Origin: Selaginella moellendorffii
Taxonomy: Eukaryota; Plantae; Lycopodiophyta
Assembly (NCBI RefSeq): GCF_000143415.4
Contig: NW_003314373.1
Location: 493,150-557,149 of the forward strand
Reading direction: 5' to 3'
DNA: 64,000 nt
A program made the translations under genes and the position numbers. Below, piece by piece: positions 1 to 12,550 of the stretch (the stretch's first letter is position 1; each line of letters starts with the position of its first letter). Below the pieces are notes generated by a model that saw only the letters and a list, made by a program, of their open reading frames with translations, did no database searches and was not told the origin of the DNA.

Positions 1-2693
1 AATAATTGATGAATAAATTAGTTGTGTATGAGGTAATAAAATGGAGTTAGAAGGTAAAGATGGTAAATTTTTAAAATTTTTATTATTTCCAACTTTGAGA
101 AGCCATTCAGACCATGATTTATCACTTTTAGCAAGCCGTATATTTGTTTTCAAAGATAATTTTCTAAATAATCTCCATAATTTATTCATTCTTACAGAAC
201 TTAAAACAATTTATGCCCTATGTTCATATGGAATGATTGGAAGTGTTTGTTTAAAGTCCTCGTTAGTGACAACAATTATGCCACCAAAAGGTAATGATGT
301 ATTTTTTAGGTCTCGCAACACTCAATCAATAGTAGTGAATGCATGAGTGTGAACCATACTTATTTCATCCCATAACAATATGTTAGTAGTTTTGATTTTT
401 ATACTTACTTCACTATTAGCAGTTATAGCGAAAGTTAATGTTTCATTTATTGGAACAAAAAGTTTAAAAGTAATATGTGAAGTTCGGCCATTATAAAGTA
501 AAGTACTTGCAATTCCTATCCAAACCATGCTAACAACATTTTTTTTTTCAGTTGTAAAATATTTATAAGAGTAAAACATGAAATGTTTTACCAGTACCAC
601 CAGGGCAAATGTATCGATTATGCTCAGTTGGGTGATCAATAACATTAAGAATATCATTAAAAATATTTAACTGTTCTTGATTAAATCGAGGAATATTTTG
701 TTCAACATTTTGATATATTTGTGTTGAGTTGACAATATTTTCATCATCAAGATTTTGAGATGGCAAAGGTAGATGATAGTTTCGATTAGTTTTGCCATGC
801 ATTTCATTTTAATTATTATATCATGTAAAGCATGTTTATAATGAAAAATTGGATTTGTTTGCATGAAATCCTTAGAGAGGAAGTTTTTAAATTTATCCCA
901 TAAGAAGTAAAGATCTTTTGGAGTGCAAAAGATACAAAGTAATACAAATAATTGTCTTAATTGTTATAGCATTTTAAAAAAGCAAGCATCTTCTAAACAT
1001 TTTTCCCATTTAGTATCATCAATTATAAACCCCATTGCATCTGCAACTTGTTGAAATGTGTCATAATAAATATTGTTAACTGTCTTGAGATCTTTAAAAG
1101 ACATAGCACCTTTTTTATGGAGTAAAATAAAACATAAATGATATAATTCAACATTAGATGGCGACATAGAATACATTCGGGGAATGACATTTCTTGTATG
1201 TCGAATTTTCCAGTTATGAGTATGAGGGTTAAATGTATAATATAAAGGGATTTCAGGATATGTATATTGTCTAGCATTTGGGTCATTTATATTTAATTCA
1301 AACCATTTTGTTAACATCGTACTATTTTGAGTAGCTCTTTGAAGTGCTATTTGTTCAGAATCTTCTATAAAATAGATGTTTTGAAAATTTGGAAGATGGA
1401 TAGGAAGAAGGATTATAGGGGTCAAACGACCATGCATTTTAAATTTAAAAAGTCTCCATATTGCCTCTAGAGTAGATACATAACGTGTATTTAAAAATGT
1501 TGAGATTTCATCAATTTAAAATATTATCAGGTTGTTGCGTTGTTGAATGGATTTCAATTGTAGCATAATTATAATCTTTATAAACATATTGAAATAAATA
1601 TTTAATACTTTTTATAGTAGCACAAGTTTCAATATTAATATGAGCATTATATTTTTTACAAAGGTATTTATTATAAGGCACTACCCAATGATTATCAATA
1701 TAACACCCATTTTTTAGAAATGTACGGCCATTATTAGGTCTATAATAATCTGAATATCCATCAACACTAAAAGTAGTTTCATAATTAAATTTTTTTGGAT
1801 AACCTTTTGAGCAAGTGCCATTTTCCATGCAAAGACTATTAGGGTAAAGACGCTCACATGGACTATATATCATATGAGATGTAATTATTTTAGAAATTTC
1901 AAGTTCATTTTGAGGATCAAACAATTGTGCCGTTATGTATTGGTTAATAGCATAACGGTCTTTAATCTTGTTTTCATGAGATAAAATGTGGAAGGCCTCT
2001 TTTTTGAAATTCAATTACATATATAAAAGCAATACAATTTCCAAAAATATGTTTTTTAGTAATATCATTCAAAAATTCTTTAAGTTTGATATAAAATACT
2101 CTAGAAACCAAGTCTGGACGATCCTTAGGGCTTTCATTTGGATGTAAGTTCTTAGAAATTTCTGGCCATTTGGGATTACATGTAAAAGTAATGAAAAGAT
2201 CTGGCTTTGAAAAATGAGTAACTATAGCCATTGCATCTTGATAATTTTATTGCATTGCTCTAGGGCCACCCCCAAAACTTGAAGGTAAAATAACAATTTT
2301 GCTTGGATTTATATTTTCATTAGTAACACGGTTTGCAACATAATCCATAAAACTAGTATACATTTCAACTCGCAATTGTTTCTGATGAGTGCGATAGTAA
2401 TTCAAATTATTGCTTTCAACTTTTATATAAGCATCGACAATATATTGTTATGTGAGTTTTCCTACATGTAAAATTTGATCAAAACCAAAGTGTATTGTGT
2501 CTCTTATAGATAAGCGGTATGCATAATATTGGAGTAATGTAATTCGACGTCTGGAATTAAAAATATTTTTGTGCCAACTTCTGTCACCAAAAGGAAATAT
2601 TAATGGGTAAACCATTGGATCACAATTATAATCAAGTGTTGAGATACATTTAGAATTGCTTACAGTTGGATATATACAAATTTCATGACTATG
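1..2693 (-). mobile_element. Helitron Rep/Pif1-helicase, 3' part, pseudogenised by frameshifts and stops
   Basis: Rep motifs PDLFITFTCNPKWPEI and VIEFQKRGLPH, plus WVVPYN..L.KKYNAHINIE. Helicase motifs GGTGKTF, DEISM and PFGGIIVV..DFKQTLP. All are spread over broken minus-strand ORFs. Confidence 0.9.
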
Positions 2694-3829
2694 TGTCGCG
2701 CATGTGACTTTGGGTATCGAAAATTACCTGTCGACCAGTCCTTACGGACACTCTTACCTTACTGCCACGATGGCAGGAGGTCGGTATTGCTGGTTCCTTT
2801 TATCAGCCCCTCTTGTTCAAGTGTTAGTTTACTGGGCTTAGCACCTGTACTTAACTAGATGGACATAAGGTAGGAACTCCTATGTGTTTCTAGCTGAGCA
2901 TACTCGGCCTGGGTCTTAGTTCTCTTTTGCTCTGTCTTGCACTGGCTTGACAAGAACCCTCGTGTATTGAGATTGGTCCCTCAATATTGCCGGATGATAG
3001 CTTACCGTGTCTGCCAAACACCCTCACTATCATGCCCTTTGTGTTAGTCTCAATTCGGTCCCAAATGCTATTTATGGAAAGTGTCCAGATTTACTTATTT
3101 GGCATATCTACGGAATGTAGAGATTGTCTTGAACACAATTGTGTTCGTCCCGTGTCCAAATTTGCAATCTAAGGACATTCCATATTTAGTAAGTTTCAAA
3201 TTTGTCCCAAAGACTAACTCCTGATACTAAGGGAGGCTTGGGGTGAAAGCCCAAAGCGTGTGTTCCTCAAGGGGGGGGGGCTGTAGGGGGTTCCAAATGT
3301 CCAAATGTATAGTAGGGATAGTGGGTAGGTCGGGCATGGCCGACCAACTTGAGGCATAGTCTAGCTCCCGCTTGCGTGCTTGTCCTTGTTCTGCGTCCGG
3401 CTTGGGTCTAAGCCCAAGTTCCATTCCATGCTAGTTGGTGGAATACCCATATCCTCACGTTAGGCCACCGGTATGCCGAAATAGCGCCAGACTCCATTTG
3501 GCTCCGTTTTGCGTGCTGGTCCTGGCATTGGGATGCTGGTTGCTCCAGGACTGTTCCAAGTCGCTCTGGGCTCCTGTCCCTTCACTCCTTGGGCTTTATG
3601 CTCGGGAGTTGCTCCGTGGTTCGGTTCCGACACTCCTTGGCTCCATGCTTGGGAGTTTGGCACCGTTCTATCGTTCAGTGGCCCAAGGCCCTGAACCTCG
3701 GGTTCCTATGGACACGTGGCATGGACACGTGGTATGTGACATGTGGCATCTGTCACATGGCACAAAGAGGGTTTAGGTTCCGCAAGGTAAATCACCATAG
3801 GATAAAGGGTCAAAACCACGTGCACTACA
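2694..3829 (+). repeat. 5' LTR, family A
   Basis: Starts TGTCGCGCAT and ends CACTACA. Near-identical to 10491-11624. Confidence 0.95.
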
Positions 3830-5985
3830 TTTGGCATTAGAGGATGAGTCTCAACGAGTACTATTCAATGAGATTGGGCAACTAGTCTCGTTGCATACAC
3901 AGAGATGAAAACGATGATCCGAGTGGGTACACGTTTGGTGTAAGGGGTTCACATTCGTTCCTTGGGTATGGTTTTGGTTACCTTTTATACCTAATAATGT
4001 GAGCTTGCTCTTGGGCTCATAGGATGGATTTGAGATGCTCCGTTAGCACGAGTTTATGCTTGGGCTCGTGAGTGAGGCACATTAGCAACTCAAGGTTATA
4101 CTTTGAGTTGGCAGGATTAATGTTAGCCTATCGGTGGTTCCATGAGTTGTTCCAGTGGTTCTATGAGTTGTTCCATGTACCGTGGGTGAAAGCAAACCTC
4201 CTTGAGTTTGCTATGAATGGCAAATAGGCTAGTCCGTAGCTATTTAGCACGGCACTAATAGATCTTTCCTAGGCATGATTACAAGTGAATCAACCAAGAT
4301 TGTAGGGAAGTCTATTGGTTCAAGTAATCATTGTCGTGCTCTCTCATAAACTTTTCTTGGATTGGACTGAAAGCAGTGCGAAAGCAAGCTTGAGGTTTAG
4401 TCAAAGATGAGACCGAAAAGAGAGTCGTCGGGGACGAAGGATCAAACACGTAAATCATTTTCTTTTTTTGAGGAAATGATTCGTAATGAGGTGTTAACTC
4501 ATTGCTCGTGTTCACATTATGCAATCAAGAGTCATTACCTTAATGCATCTTGGAGATGATAATCTTACAAATGGTGAGTTATGGGATGGATAGCAGTGAA
4601 GCGCTATACCATTTTGTCTAGGCTTGCTATTGGAAGATTTGGGTTGCAATGCTCAATTCTTTTCCAGGGAACCTTGCTATTGCTCCTTGAGTAGCTTGGT
4701 GTTGGGTTAAGTTTTGAGTTTGGTCGAAAAGCGAGTAGCATGAGCTTGTCCGTGTTGTGAACAAAAATTGGTGGTGTTCAGTGTTGTAAATCTCTATTGG
4801 TGGAGTGTGGCATTTATGTTGCATTTTGTCGAATTGAGTTGGCACTTGATGCTCACATAAACCTTTGAAGTAATGACATGGGTGTTGCTCATGGTGTTGC
4901 TTAATTGATGATCAAATCATTGTAATTTTGTATCATATCCATGTGATAATGAGCAATGTGTTTACGAAGTTGCTTGGTTAAATGATGATCAACCCCAAAG
5001 TGGTTGATGGTGAAGCTAATCTACTTGCACGGAGTAGCATTGTAGTAGCTTTGATTGGATTCTCGATAGTGGTCCATTATGCTAAGCTTAAGTTGGTTCC
5101 TTAGTTCCTTGAGTTTGCCCATTGAGGTGTTGGAAAGGGTTCTAGCATCCATTTGCTATAGCTCATTAGTTGATCCGTTAACACTTGGAATAGATTGTTG
5201 GATAGAGAAGGTGTAAGGTTGAGGCAATGACATTACTAACACTTGTGTTAGTGGAAGTGGCATTGTTATTTTAAGTGATGAGGAAGTTTCCTTAAAGCTT
5301 GATTTTCCATGTCATTTTTCTTATTAGTGTTTTAGTTTCACATTAGATCTTGAAGGTGGTTGAAAAAAAGTGTTGGTGCAATGTGGATATCTGAAGATGT
5401 GGTCTTCGTGATCAAGCATTGGATATTCCATTTGCATTTTTACGGATATCGGTGTTGGATGACAAAAGAATGGGCAAAAAGATGTTCAAGGCTTAAGCAT
5501 ACTATGGGTCATGAGAATTTATGTTGAGGTGAACCTATGTGAAGTTGTTAGTAGGAGGAAGTTGGTTGAGTTTTGAAAGTTTGTATTCCTAGACTAGGAG
5601 TCATTCTTTCTCTGGGATGGAAAGATTTTCCACAAATTTTCTTAGACTTTTCCAATGGCTGATTTGTTATCACTTTGCTCGAAAACCATTCCGTTTTCGA
5701 AAGCTAATACAAACTAGTGAAGGGGTTGGAGTTGACTTCGGTTAGCTTAGACCTTAATATGTAGTTTGTATGATGCAGACCGAAAGGGATGCTAACTTTT
5801 GGGGCTAAGGCAATTGAGTTGAATAGAGTCTGGAGTTGGTGTAAAAAAGTGGCCATTGCACTTTTCTAAGAAGGGTGACCCTTGTGCCTTTCTTTTGTAG
5901 CGTTATGCTTGGTGGCAAGTTGCACCTTGCAGTTTGTTAGACTCTATGAGAGTAGTGAGCTCTCATTGATCTTGACTTGGACTTG

Positions 5986-6509
5986 TGTGAGACACAAAAT
6001 CCCTAGGCCCCAAAGTGGAGCCAGAAGGGCGCCACATGGTAGTGGCCGAAGTGAGAGCCAAATGAGTGTAACGCGTTTGGACCAAAAGCTCCGACTTGAA
6101 AAGTCAAGAGCGGGAGTGGAACTCCCAACGAAGTGCTCGAGGAACAAGCACGAAGCGAGCAAAAGGCGAGGCTCCAAAAAGGGACCCAAAAGGACCAACA
6201 CATGACACGTGGGAGTGTCCGAGATGGACCCGAGTTGGAGTCCAAAGTGGAGTCCGAGATGGACCCGAGTTGGAGTCCGAAGTGGAGTCTAAGATGGACC
6301 CGAGTTGGAGTCCGAAGTGGAGTCCGAGATGGACCCGAGATGGAGTCCGAGGTGGACCCGAGATGGACCCGAAATGGAGTCCGAGATGGAGTCCGAGATG
6401 GACCCGAGATGGAGTCCGAGATGGAGTCTGAGATGGAGTCCGAGATGGAGTCCGAGATGGAGTCCGAGATGGAGTCTGAAGTCGAGACCGAGACCGGGAC
6501 CGAGACCGG

Positions 6510-6551
<42 letters not shown>

Positions 6552-7649
6552 GATCGGGACCGAGGCCGAGGCCGAGACCGAGCCCGAGCCCGAGTCCGAG
6601 TCCGAATCCGAGTCCGAGTCTGAGTCCGAGTCCGAGTCCGAGTCCAGAGCCTGAGAGGGTGAAAGCCCAAAGCGTTCGTCTCCCAGACCCTGGGGGGTTT
6701 GGTGAGCTCCAAAAGTATAGTAGGGGGAGGACTGCAGTGGAGCCAGTTTGGCCAGGAAAGGCCAGTTTGGCCCAGGAAGGCCGGACCCAGTGTTGGGTGA
6801 TGAGCTGCCCACTGGGAAGTCCAAGACTAGAGTGAACACGGACCGACAAGCGGGGTAGCTTGGTGAAGTGTTCAAGAACCGGCTCTAGTTCCCCCGGGAG
6901 ATCGACTGGCCGATGCTCCCAGTCCAAGTGTGGGTGGCACTACCTACTTGGATACCTGGTGTGGCTCAACGGAACCCGCTCTAAGCCCATGGCTAGAGCA
7001 CCCAAGGGCAGAAGGCGAGGAGAGTACCCAGGTGGCTCGCGTAAGGCCACGGTGTTCCGAAATGTTGTCCCAAAGGCCCAGACTGTGGAAAGGAAGAGGA
7101 GCAGTCCTCTGGGGTAGTGACCAAGGACACAGTCATGTGGTGAGGAAGTCCCAGAGGACCGTGGGACTTAGTGGTCGGGCTTGTGGGTCTCGATCCAGTG
7201 GCAGTGTTGGCAAACACTTCCAGGGGCAGAAAGGGACTTAGTGGGGACTGACAGAGGGATATTGGGGAAGGCTATTCCCCTTGTCGGTGGGCATCCTAAG
7301 GATGCTAAGGAGTGGATCTGAGATGACCACTCACGGATGGTTTGCCTAGTCTTGGAGAGCCAAGACGGTGATGCAAGTGGTATTGGACTACCAGTGTGGC
7401 AAAGGTGATTGGGCATGGCCTTAGCGTAACGGGCTGCTATGTCGGTGGTACCTTTGAGTGTCGGTCATGGGATCGGACACGTGGAGCACTTGGACCAAGT
7501 GCAAATGTTGAGTGGCATGGATGCTATTCTCGGGGCTAGCAAGTCCCAAGTCCTGGATTGGACTTATGGAGGTTGTGAATGAGACTCCTCCAAGTGGTCA
7601 GAGGTGTGGTTAAGTGACTAAAGTAGAATGGAAAATTTAGTCTCTTACA
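5986..7649. mobile_element. Solo LTR, family B, nested in the family A element
   Basis: Termini TGTGAGAC...GTCTCTTACA with 5-bp TSD ACTTG at 5981-5985 and 7650-7654. A homologous copy with the same termini lies at 58481-60595. Confidence 0.9.
6215..6646. repeat. Hexamer-based tandem array (GAGATG/GAGTCC/GAGACC/GACCC units) inside LTR B
   Basis: Visible (GAGATGGAGTCC)n, (GAGACC)n and (GAGTCC)n blocks. Confidence 0.95.
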
Positions 7650-10490
7650 ACTTGGTGGCTCTGCAACTTGGCTGAGGATAGTGATGTCCAACTTAGTTGT
7701 TTGTAGTTGAGATGTTGGTACCTATACTATAGCTTTGTTTAAGTGGAGGTTGTGTACCGATATGAGTCCATCTCGTAGTCTTCACTTTAGTTTCGACTAA
7801 GTGTTGATTACGCATAGTTAGCCTCTTCAAGGCATGCTCAGAGCCGTTGGCTAAATGTATTGGTGAGCTTATTGTGGTTGAGTTGGATTTGAGTGGTCAT
7901 TTGGTTTGTGCTTGTCTATGAACTTTTATCTCATACCGGAGGTAACACGTTTATGTTGGACAAGTGTATGACTCGATGACGTGAGTTTAGTGTTTGGGTC
8001 TCGTGAAAGCAAGTTGAAAAAGTGATGGTTAGTTGCTTTGCAACTAATGATTGCTTGTAGACTTTGTCAAGGACTGTTGACACTTTCTTCGCTCGATGAT
8101 AATTTAGCAGTGATAGGCTTGCTTTACCGAATGGTGTTGCGGAGGAACGTGTCGTTAAACTTCCATGGGTATTCCATGTTGGCATGTCGACTCTACCTCT
8201 GTTGATATCATTTGGTTGCGTTTAGTTCATAGTGTTGGATTTCATGGAGTCTTGGACGTGGTGATTCATTCCTTGAGGAAGTGTTATCTGTACCTGAGTA
8301 TTGTTGAGAGATTGGTCTCGGATACTAAGTAAAGTATCTCCGACTTTGGTTAGCTTGGTTGCTAGAAAGTTTTGAGTGGTGATTCACTCTTGCTTTCTAC
8401 TAGCTTTGTTCTGTTGTTGATGGCATTGAAGTGATGCCTTATCGTTGACATTATTGAGGTTGAGATTTTAGTGAAATGGGATGTCTCTCCACAAGATTGA
8501 TATCGAGTTTCATTAGTTTTGATGGAAATAGTGTTCATGATTTGGCTATGACTTTGTGTTATTGGCATTCGTGCATTTGCTAGTTAGCAACTGTCATGAT
8601 GTTCACATGAACTGAGTGGCAAGTTTGAGTTAGTTGTGTTCTAGATGAGATTGTTTAGTAAGGGTTAAGCTTTGGCTTTTCCTTGAAAAGTGGTTCAGTC
8701 AAGGACTATGCTAACTCTACAAGTGGAAGAGTTAGTGATTGATATTGGAATATTTGAATCCTTATGGGATTTTAGTTGAAATATATTGATCATTGATAAT
8801 TCTTCTTGTGTTTGTTATGAAGTGAGTTACGTCTTGCTATAGATGGATTCATGGAGGATCGTTTGGTGATCACTTGTTGAGCATAGCTTCGTTGTGCTTA
8901 GCTTTTGGATTGATGCAGATATGCTCTTCATTAGCTTTGGCATTATGAAGTTTAGCTTATGGATGTGTTGAGGAAGATATTGTGGATTGCACTATGATTT
9001 CTTCAATAACATTGAAGTTAGTTCATGCAAAACTTGTGATCATTATTAGGCAAGACTTGGCTATAAGTTTCTTCGAGCTTTTGGTTCCTTGAGGTTTTAT
9101 GCTTGTGGTCCATTTGTTAGAAGTTGTTGGGGAAAGCATTTTTGTCTCATTAGCTTCGATGTTGAAGTTGGCTTTTGCATTTAGCAATCATTGGTTATAA
9201 TTGACTATCATTTAGAATAGTTCATTGTCATTGTCAAAGGTTTTACTTGATTATTATTGGTATAGAATGATTTACCGTTCTTCGGGATGGTAAATTGTTT
9301 CTTCGACAATGATAATGCATCTCCTTATTGATAAAATGATTGATGATCTTTCATGGTGGTTATTTGTTCTCTTTGATGGCTTATGGCTTTTCGCAATATC
9401 ACATGTTCTTTGTGATTTGCTCTGGATTGGTCTTTTGGGTTTGAGACATCAGTAGGATATTACTAACACTTGCTTAGGCAACTTGAGTTCCTTTGTATTG
9501 TTGGCTGGGATCTATTCAGATTGGCTTTTGTGATAGTTGGCAGGAATGAATGTTGTTGGTCTTACCACATTTATTCTCTTCTGTTGATTGTTGCTCGAGT
9601 TAGTTTTGATAGATTTGGATGTTATTTCCTTTGGGTGATACATTCGCGAGCATTGTGCTTGTTAGTCAATGATACTTTGTGTTCTTTGAGTTCTCTCTAG
9701 TAAGTTGTTAACTTACTGTCTACTATCTTCGGTAGTTAAGTTTCATCATTGAGTTTCCTTGATGATATACTAGCTATGGATGGTCATTCCTGTGTTTGCC
9801 AAATTATGATGATCTTGGTGGTTCCTGCACTATTATACTGATTTATCAAATGATAACTTTCTTGGAATACTTTTGTGTTCTAATCTAAGATATATTCACT
9901 GATAGTTAAGTCTCTAAGATATCATTGTTTATGACTTTGATATTGTCCATCTATTGATCTTTGAGTTTGGGCCAATATAGGCAGACTGGCTTCGGCACTT
10001 CGTGTGCATGGTGAAATCTCTAGTCATGGGGTAGCTACTATCGACTGGTCACATAACCCGCCTCTCTGTCGATGTTCCTTATTCCGTTAAAAGGGCGTGA
10101 CCGTGTAAACAACTCTAACTGCCTGTTTACAGTAGTCTATCTAAACCTTACCGACGGGTTTGGTTTCTTTGCTCATGAGGGTTGGGGCCTCTGGCTTCTC
10201 TCTCTATGTCTCTGCGGGCAGGGCATATCACACTTTTGTAAGCTGGGTGACTCCCAGAGCACCAAGGGTGGCTGACTCCGTTAGTCATTTCTTTGTCGGC
10301 GACGGCCGGAAGGTGTCTGAGTTGGTAGCGCATCCGCGTTAGACAAAGAGGTTACCCCTAACTCATTTAAGTTGGTGCATTTCTCACATAGTGTGAGTAC
10401 TGTGAACTTTTTCTTGAGTTGTTTCCTTGGCGGTATTCTAGAGTTGAGTATGCATCGACGAGGACGTCGATCTTCCCTAGGGGGGGAGAG

Positions 10491-11624
10491 TGTCACGCAT
10501 GTGACTTCGGGTATCGAAAATTACTTGTCAACCAGTCCTTGCAGACACTTTTACCTTACTGCCACGATGGCAGGAGGTCGGTATTGCTGGTTCCTTTTAT
10601 CAGCCCCTCTTGTTCAAGTGTTAGTTTACTGGGCTTAGCACCTGTACTTAGCCAGATGGACATAAGGTAGGAACTCCTATGTGTTTCTAGCTGAGCATAC
10701 TCGGCCTAGCTCTTAGTTCTCTTTTGCTCTGTCTTGCACTGGCTTGACAAGAACCCTCGCGTATTGAGATTGGTCCCTCAATATCGCCGGATGATAGCTT
10801 ACCATGTTTGCCAAACACCCTCGCTATCATGCCCTTTGTGTTAATCTCAATTCAGTCCCAAATGCTATTTATGGAAAGTGTCCAGATTTGCTCATTTGGC
10901 ATATCTACGGAATGTAGAGATTGTCCTGAACACAATGGTGTTCGTCCCGTGTCCAAATTTGCAATCTAAGGACATTCCATATTTAGTAAGTTTCAAATTT
11001 GTCCCAAAGACTAACTCCTGATACTAAGGGAGGCTTGGGGTGAAAGCCCAAAACTTGTGTTCCTCAAGGGGAGGGGGGGGATGTGGGGGGTTCCAAATGT
11101 ATAGTAGGGATAGTGGGTAGGTCGGGTATGGCCGACCAACCTAAGGCATAGTCTAGCTCCCGCTTGCGTGCCTATCCTTGTTCTGCGTCCGGCTTGGGTC
11201 TAAGCCCAAGTTCCATTCCATGCTAGTTGGTGGAGTACCCATATCCTCACGTTAGGCCACCGGTATGCCGAAATAGCGCCAGACTCCATTTGGCTCCGTT
11301 TTGCGTGCTGGTCCTGGCATTGGGATGCTGGTTGCTCCAAGACTGTTCCAAGTCGCTCCGGGCTCCTGTCCCTTCGCTCCTTGGGCTTTATGCTCGGGAG
11401 TTGCTCCGTGGTTTGGTTCCGACACTCCTTGGCTCCATGCTTGGGAGTTTGGCACCGTTCTATCATTCAGTGGCCCAAGGCCCTGAACCTCGGGTTCCTA
11501 TGGACACGTGGCATGTGACACGTGGCATCTGTCACGTGGCACAAAGAGGGTTTAGGTTCCGCTTCGTGGTGTTATCCTATGGTAAATCACCATAGGATAA
11601 AGGGTCAAAACCACATGCGCTACA
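10491..11624 (+). repeat. 3' LTR, family A
   Basis: Starts TGTCACGCAT directly after the PPT, ends CGCTACA, and is followed by TSD CTATG. Confidence 0.95.
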
Positions 11625-12550
11625 CTATGTGGCAGTTTTCCATCATCACTAACAAACACAACAGCAACATCATTTGTCTCTGGAGCATTATAGTGTCGTG
11701 GATCAGTTTCTTTAGTTTTTAATAACATATAAATACCACGTATAGGATAACCTGAAAGTGTAGCAGAACAAATTTTTTCTTGTTCCATTTTATACATCAT
11801 TTTGAAAGCTTGAGCATATGGGTTAACATGACGAAGGAGAGCATCACAATGTTTAAATAAGTTTATCTCACAGCTTGAATTAAAAGGGTTTTGCTTTCTG
11901 ATATTTGTAGCTTCTAGAGTATCAAGCATATAAAGTTGTCCATAAGTTCGATATTGACCTTCAGAAGGATGTGCTGAAACAATATTATGATATATTTGAC
12001 CATGGATTTTAAAGCAATAAGGACCATGACCTTTTACAATATCAATATTAGAAGACATAGATACAAAAGCAAGAGCACTATTGTAGTGTTTAATATTTGT
12101 TTTAAAATTAGAGTTCTTATTTTGCTTGTAAAGTGAAAGTAAATCAAATGGTAAAGGTGAAATTGGAGGTAATATAACTTGGTTATTCTAGCAACACATT
12201 GAAGAGTTTTCATCTTTAAAATACAATGCATTAGAAAAAAGTACAAACAAATGTTAAACTACCAATATTGTTAAAGTCATTATAAATGCTATGGCTTGCT
12301 AGTGTGGTATTCATAGGTGGGTGTGGTGGATTTAATATTGCTTGATATATGTAATTGTCATAATTACATAGGTTCCAGATGCTTCTGAGTGTCCAACTGA
12401 TTGCTATATATAATCATTATCATGATTAATATTTTGGTGTATAGAATCATTATCATGATTATTTTGAACAACTATAGTATGTGTATCATAATCAATCATA
12501 GTTTCAGAGGCATCTAAATCTCCATTAGATTGTTTACTATGTCGTATGGT
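11625..12550 (-). mobile_element. Helitron Rep/helicase, 5' part
   Basis: GPYCFKIHGQIYH, YGQLYMLD, VNPYAQAF and RHYNAP..NDVAVVF motifs. The frame KLPHS|HEICIYP rejoins across the LTR insertion. The upstream limit is approximate. Confidence 0.85.

Larger units (their letters stand above)
2694..11624 (+). mobile_element. Full-length non-autonomous LTR retrotransposon (family A, Gypsy-derived)
   Basis: TG..CA LTRs at 2694-3829 and 10491-11624. 5-bp TSD CTATG at 2689-2693 and 11625-11629. tRNA-Met-like PBS TGGCATTAGAG after the 5' LTR and PPT AGGGGGGGAGAG before the 3' LTR. Only faint RT and integrase remnants inside. Confidence 0.95.

Noticed and set aside
3435-3776. ORF repeated at 11227-11595 as a duplicated gene
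   Set aside because: It lies inside the two LTRs, has no recognisable domain, and is disrupted in older copies.
6215-6646. CRISPR-like array
   Set aside because: No unique spacers, no cas genes, and a eukaryotic context.
6003-6927. Long low-complexity ORFs (ES/ET, RS, LG repeats) in all frames
   Set aside because: They are by-products of a hexamer array inside an LTR. The homologous copy at 58.7 kb is full of stops.
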